Below, one piece after another: positions 59,661-64,000 of a DNA stretch of 64,000 nucleotides. A program made the translations under genes and the position numbers. The stretch lies in assembly GCA_030324005.1 (NCBI GenBank), contig JARDVH010000163.1, forward strand, positions 18,977,741 through 19,041,740, written 5' to 3'. Positions within the stretch are counted from its first letter, which is position 1. Each line of letters opens with the position of its first letter. Below the pieces are notes generated by a model. That model was not told the origin of the DNA, made no database searches, and saw only the letters and a list, made by a program, of their open reading frames with translations. Origin of the DNA: Negaprion brevirostris (taxonomy: Eukaryota).

Positions 59661-60739
59661 ACCTTAATTAATAGAAGGTAATAGCTGGTATTAAATGAAG
59701 TTTGCTTTCCCATTTCTGTCTTTCTCCTGTACTGCATGGTTCTTGGGTAAAAGATGAAGATGCATTACATAACCATTTAAAACTGTTGTGTTTTATATCT
59801 AGTTACAAATAGTTATTGACAAATTATTGAACCACTTGCAAAGAGCATAGCATTTTAATCCTTTATGTAGTGAAACAGGTCTTGTTTTAAAAGTTGAATG
59901 CTATGCAGAATCACTAAGTATATTTTCTCTTCCACTTCAAATTACTGCTTCAAATTCTGATGGTATTGAATTTTGATGAAAGGTTGGCTTAAGTAATATA
60001 TATTTTATCTTTTACTTCAGGTGTTTTATTAGTGGTGTGACATTGTGCAATAATCCCCATTCCCATTTGCAGACTTTGTGAACTCTGATAGGAGAGGAGC
60101 AGAAGGATGTAATACTTTTGCATTATTTAAATCTAAATCGCTTCCTTGGAATTTCTTTTTAAATTGTGAAAATATTTATAACAGCAGGCCATTTTCACTT
60201 CAATATAGTGTAATCTCTAGGCTGCATAAAGTTGACTTTTCAAGGCTGCCTTGACCTCATTGCAAAACTCTCTTGATTATGTGGCTCACTTTGATACACT
60301 GGTGCTGTACTTATTTACTTTAAAGTACTGAAGTTTGCTGGGTGGTTATAATGATTTGTATTGTCTTGATTTGTTAACTGTTAAAAAGTATGTTGTGTAA
60401 TTACTCGGATTCTTCATTGCATTTGCTTACTCATTTTAGGGATCCTGGATAAAATGAATTAATCTGACACAAATTGTAGCCCTTCAGTATAAAAGTACTG
60501 TACTAATAATTTTGCATAATTGTAAATCAAATGAATTACATTATTATTTAAATATTAGTCAGAACAGTCAGTCTAAAAGTTTGTGGTCACACACAACAGT
60601 TCCATATCTTTGATTAGTGCCTTTCAAAGCAGGCTGGAGTGACCCTGTGTACAGTATAGTTTGCTTTTCTGAGCTTGGATAATTTATTTTGTTCACAGGA
60701 GATGTTCACAAGGCTGCATTTATTATTGATCTGTAACAG

Positions 60740-61190
60740 CCTTGAATCGCATCTGTATACCTGGTTGAAGTTGCAGATTCTCAAGTGAACTTAGTTCTCT
60801 GCCAGTCAAGTGTTTGCCTATTGTTTTCCAGTTATGTTACTTCCGTGGTATGATTTGGACCATTAAGACATTGTTCCATCACATCCTCTCAGATTATTTG
60901 GAACAGTGGAACTACATATGCCCTGGACATGTTCTTTGTTAGTGATTCTCTAAGATGCATTGTTTTTCCATAGAAGAAATTTTGTGGCCTTGATCTTCTG
61001 GTCAGTGGCGGCAAGAATGCATCCATCGCTGATTGTGATTTAATCTGCACACTAGACACTTACGCTGGAATCTTTGCACCTTTGGTTTCGCTCCTGCTGG
61101 TTTGCAGTGCTGAAGTGGTGAATAGAATTGGGAGGTCAGATGATGAGTGTGAAACACCTTTTTTGTCATCATGGACAAAAGGCATGCTTC
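60740..61190 (-). mobile_element. Possible RTE-type LINE 3' fragment, heavily decayed
   Basis: The minus strand has a PQNFFYGK (PK..LYG-like) motif near 60965-60990; similar layout to 22330-22972. Confidence 0.35.
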
Positions 61191-62897
61191 TTCATAGAAT
61201 TGTCACTGGGACTGGACAATGCTTATCCTTCTCCCTCAACCCTGACGATGCTCTCTTTCCCCAGTAGTTCTCATACCCTCCCTCAGCCATTGACAATGCT
61301 CAAATGCTCCTCCCATGCCACCCTGTCACAATGTTGACCCCTATCAGTGTTCAATCCCTCCTTCTTCACCTCCCCTCTCTGACTCTGAACTTGTTCAGCC
61401 TCATTCCCAGCAATGTTCGCTGTCACTCTCCTGTGCACTCCTTGACAATGCTAACTTTCTTGCCACTGACTGGAGAAGAACTGGGGATTCCAGAAGGTCA
61501 GTTGGAATGAGTAGTGCAGCAGGGAGTGAACATTGTAACGGGGTGAATGAGAATTGTTTGTGGTTGCTGCTGTACTTTGAAACTCCAGCTGATTTACCAA
61601 ATTTGTGTTTAAAAAAAAACAGGGCACGTATAGTGCAAAAAGCCCAAGTCTCTTGGTGGATCATGGTTCTAGTGATCTGATCCCACTGTCATTGGAATTG
61701 TGCAGTAGTTGAGGCAGGTTAAAACTTCCCACTGTTTGTGTGCATCAGGACTTTCACAGCGTTTTAAAGTGTTCATCGCTCCCCATATCAAAATCCAGGC
61801 TGTTATTTTATCATCTTTTGTGAATCTAATTTTGTCCATGACTCTGCAAGGGTTGAAATGAAGACTTTTCTTTTGAGACCACCGGCTGAGAAGTCTGGCA
61901 GTCTGTAAAAAAGCAGGCCACATTGTTTGATTTGATATTGATCAGATAAGGAGGTCCAATGTTTATATGATAAGTAGTTGCACACTGTCAGCATTAACAT
62001 TTGCTCGGTATCAGGAGCACTGAGTGTCATTGCTTATTAACATGATATACTACAATTATCTCTGATTTTGATTAACAGTTCTGTAACTAGCAACTGCCTG
62101 AATAAAGGAGTAAATATGAATACTTTTGTTACTACTTCAGTTTTGTCACGTGTCAGCCATTATGGAGGAAACATAATGATGTATACCTACAGAAAGTTTT
62201 AAAAGTAAATTAAAAATGAGAAATTGTATCCCTGTTTTTATCAGTTGATTTTTTTTGTTGTATTATTTTACTTGATAAAATTAATAGTCATTTTAGCTAA
62301 ACCATAAGTTATGAACACGGTGGGGATACTTACGGAGGGCACTCTAGATTCACTACACAATTTCAGATGCATTATACAATACTGGAACAGTTTGTTCTAG
62401 GGCCTGATACACAAGGTAGTTTCAGTTTCTAAGTACAGGCTTGCTTCCAGAAATTGACTATTTCAATAAGCATGTGCCAAAAGTATTGGGAAGCATTGCA
62501 AATCATGGCACTGTACAAATTGGAATGCCTGATGCTGGCACACTTATACTGCTAATTTACGTGGAATTTAATTTTAACCTAACCTGCCATAGGAAATTGG
62601 ACTTCTCATAGAGCAATCAGCAAATCTATCCCATCAGTTTCGAACCATGGGAATTACATTAAGGTTACTCCCTTCCAGTTTGATAAAAATATAAACCCTG
62701 ATTTTTTTAACTCCCCAAAATGAGGGCTAGATAGCGATTTTAGTTTCTAAGCATCACCTCCAAAGCAACAAGTTTCTTAGCGGATGAGAGATTGGCACCA
62801 GCTGTATCTCACTAACAGGAAATGCCTGCCATATACATTTTGGCCATTGGTAGTTCTCAGTTCTCTGATGCTATTTTCTGACTGCTTCGCTTCAAAA

Positions 62898-63110
62898 TTT
62901 AAAGTTGTTTTTATTAGTCTCAAATGAGGCTTACATTAACACTGCAATGAAGTTACTGTGATAGTCCCCTAGTCGCCACATGCAGTGCCTGTTCGGGTCA
63001 GTGCACCTAACCAGCATGTGTCTCAGACTGTGGGAGGAAACCGGAGCACCCGAAGGAAACTCATACAGACATGGAGAGAATGTGCAAACTCCGCACAATC
63101 CGTGACCCAA
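62898..63110 (-). mobile_element. V-SINE type B, partial
   Basis: aggcttacattaacactgcaatgaagttactgtga...cctgttcggg...gtgggaggaaaccggagcacccg. Confidence 0.8.
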
Positions 63111-63114
63111 ACTG

Positions 63115-64000
63115 GCGATGAGGAGGCCATTTGACCCAACATACNNNNNNNNNNACATACCTGCACTGGCTCCCCAAACAAGCAACTTAACCTAGTGCCA
63201 TTCCCCTGCCCTTTCCTGTACCCCACAACATTATTTCTATTCAGATAACCATCTAATGCCCTCTTGAATGCCTCAATTGAACCTGCCTCCACCACACTTC
63301 CAGACTGTGCATTCCAGATCCAAATCACTGAAAAACATTTTTTCGTACATCATATTTGCATCTTTTGCAAATCATTACGTCTGTGCTTTCTTGTTCTTGA
63401 TCCTTTTAAGAGCAGGAACAATTTCTTCCTTCCTACTCTGTCTAGACCTTTATGATTTTGAATATCTCTATCGAATCTCCTCCAGGAAAGAAGGTGGCCA
63501 AGGAGAACAGCCTCAACTCCTCCAATCTGTCCTCATAACTGAAGTTTCTCATTGCTGGTACCATTGGAGAGAGTGCAGAAGTTCACAACAGTGTGTTCAC
63601 AGTCTACCTGTAGTGTGTCTCCTAGAACTGTACACAATACTCCAGCTAAGGTTGAACTAGTGTCTTGTTTAAGTCCAGCATAACCTCTGGGCTGTGACGA
63701 ACAGTCATCCAGACTTGAAACATTAGCTCTGTTCTCTCTCCACAGACTCCACAGACTTGCTGACATTTTCCAGCATTTTCTGTTTTGTTTCAGATTCCAC
63801 CATCAGTAGTAATTTTGCTTTTAACTGCCATGCTCTTGCACTCTACGCCCCTATTAATAAAGCCCAGAATTCTATTTGCTTTATTCACTTGCCTCTCCCA
63901 TCTGTCCATACCTGCGATGATCTATGCACTTATACATCCTGGTACCACTGCTTCTCCAACCCCTTAAGAAATTTACCCTTTACTATATGTTCTTCCTACC
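63115..64000 (-). mobile_element. CR1 LINE 3' fragment interrupted by a Penelope-type terminal fragment
   Basis: WIWNAQSGSVVEAGSIEAFKRALDGYL (ORF 63023..63328); gtacacaatactccag (reverse complement LEYCV). Confidence 0.78.
63690..63823 (+). mobile_element. Penelope-type terminal repeat fragment with a decayed hammerhead core
   Basis: gTGACGAacagtcatccagacttGAAAcattagctctgttctctctccacaga...cagcattttctgttttgtttcagattcca; the reverse complement of motifs at about 1340-1390 and 1665-1705. Confidence 0.62.

Noticed and set aside
38790-60030. Candidate acceptors for IRS1 exon 2 (e.g. about 38800, 41670, 52290, 60020)
   Set aside because: Pyrimidine-AG motifs are common in AT-rich introns. None is followed by a recognisable IRS1 terminal codon and 3' UTR.
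1-64000. Prokaryote-type systems (CRISPR arrays, operons, defence islands)
   Set aside because: The window is vertebrate nuclear DNA, with no regularly spaced repeat-spacer arrays or gene-dense segments.

Overview
This is vertebrate nuclear DNA, almost certainly from a shark or other elasmobranch (inferred from HE1-like V-SINEs, Deu-domain SINEs and shark-type CR1/Penelope repeats). It comes from a gappy draft assembly. The only protein-coding gene is insulin receptor substrate 1 (IRS1, + strand): one large coding exon at about 18630-21959/22006, whose 5' part lies in a CpG island, followed by what is probably the start of a long intron. No second exon was identified. The rest is AT-rich non-coding DNA with many decayed, often nested transposable elements: four SINE types, CR1, L2, RTE, Rex1/Babar and Penelope-like retroelements, a Gypsy LTR element and a pogo/Tc2-type DNA transposon. 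I found no convincing wholly new biological system. The most notable observations are: an apparent frameshifting deletion at the IRS1 N-terminus (likely an assembly error); an 11-His/poly-Gly insertion in the IRS1 regulatory-serine region; an abrupt codon-usage switch inside the exon; a C-terminal phase-1 splice donor; SINE tail swapping with candidate partner LINEs in the same window; decayed hammerhead-ribozyme cores; and two local duplications. Repeat family names come from recalled motifs, not database searches, and repeat boundaries are approximate.
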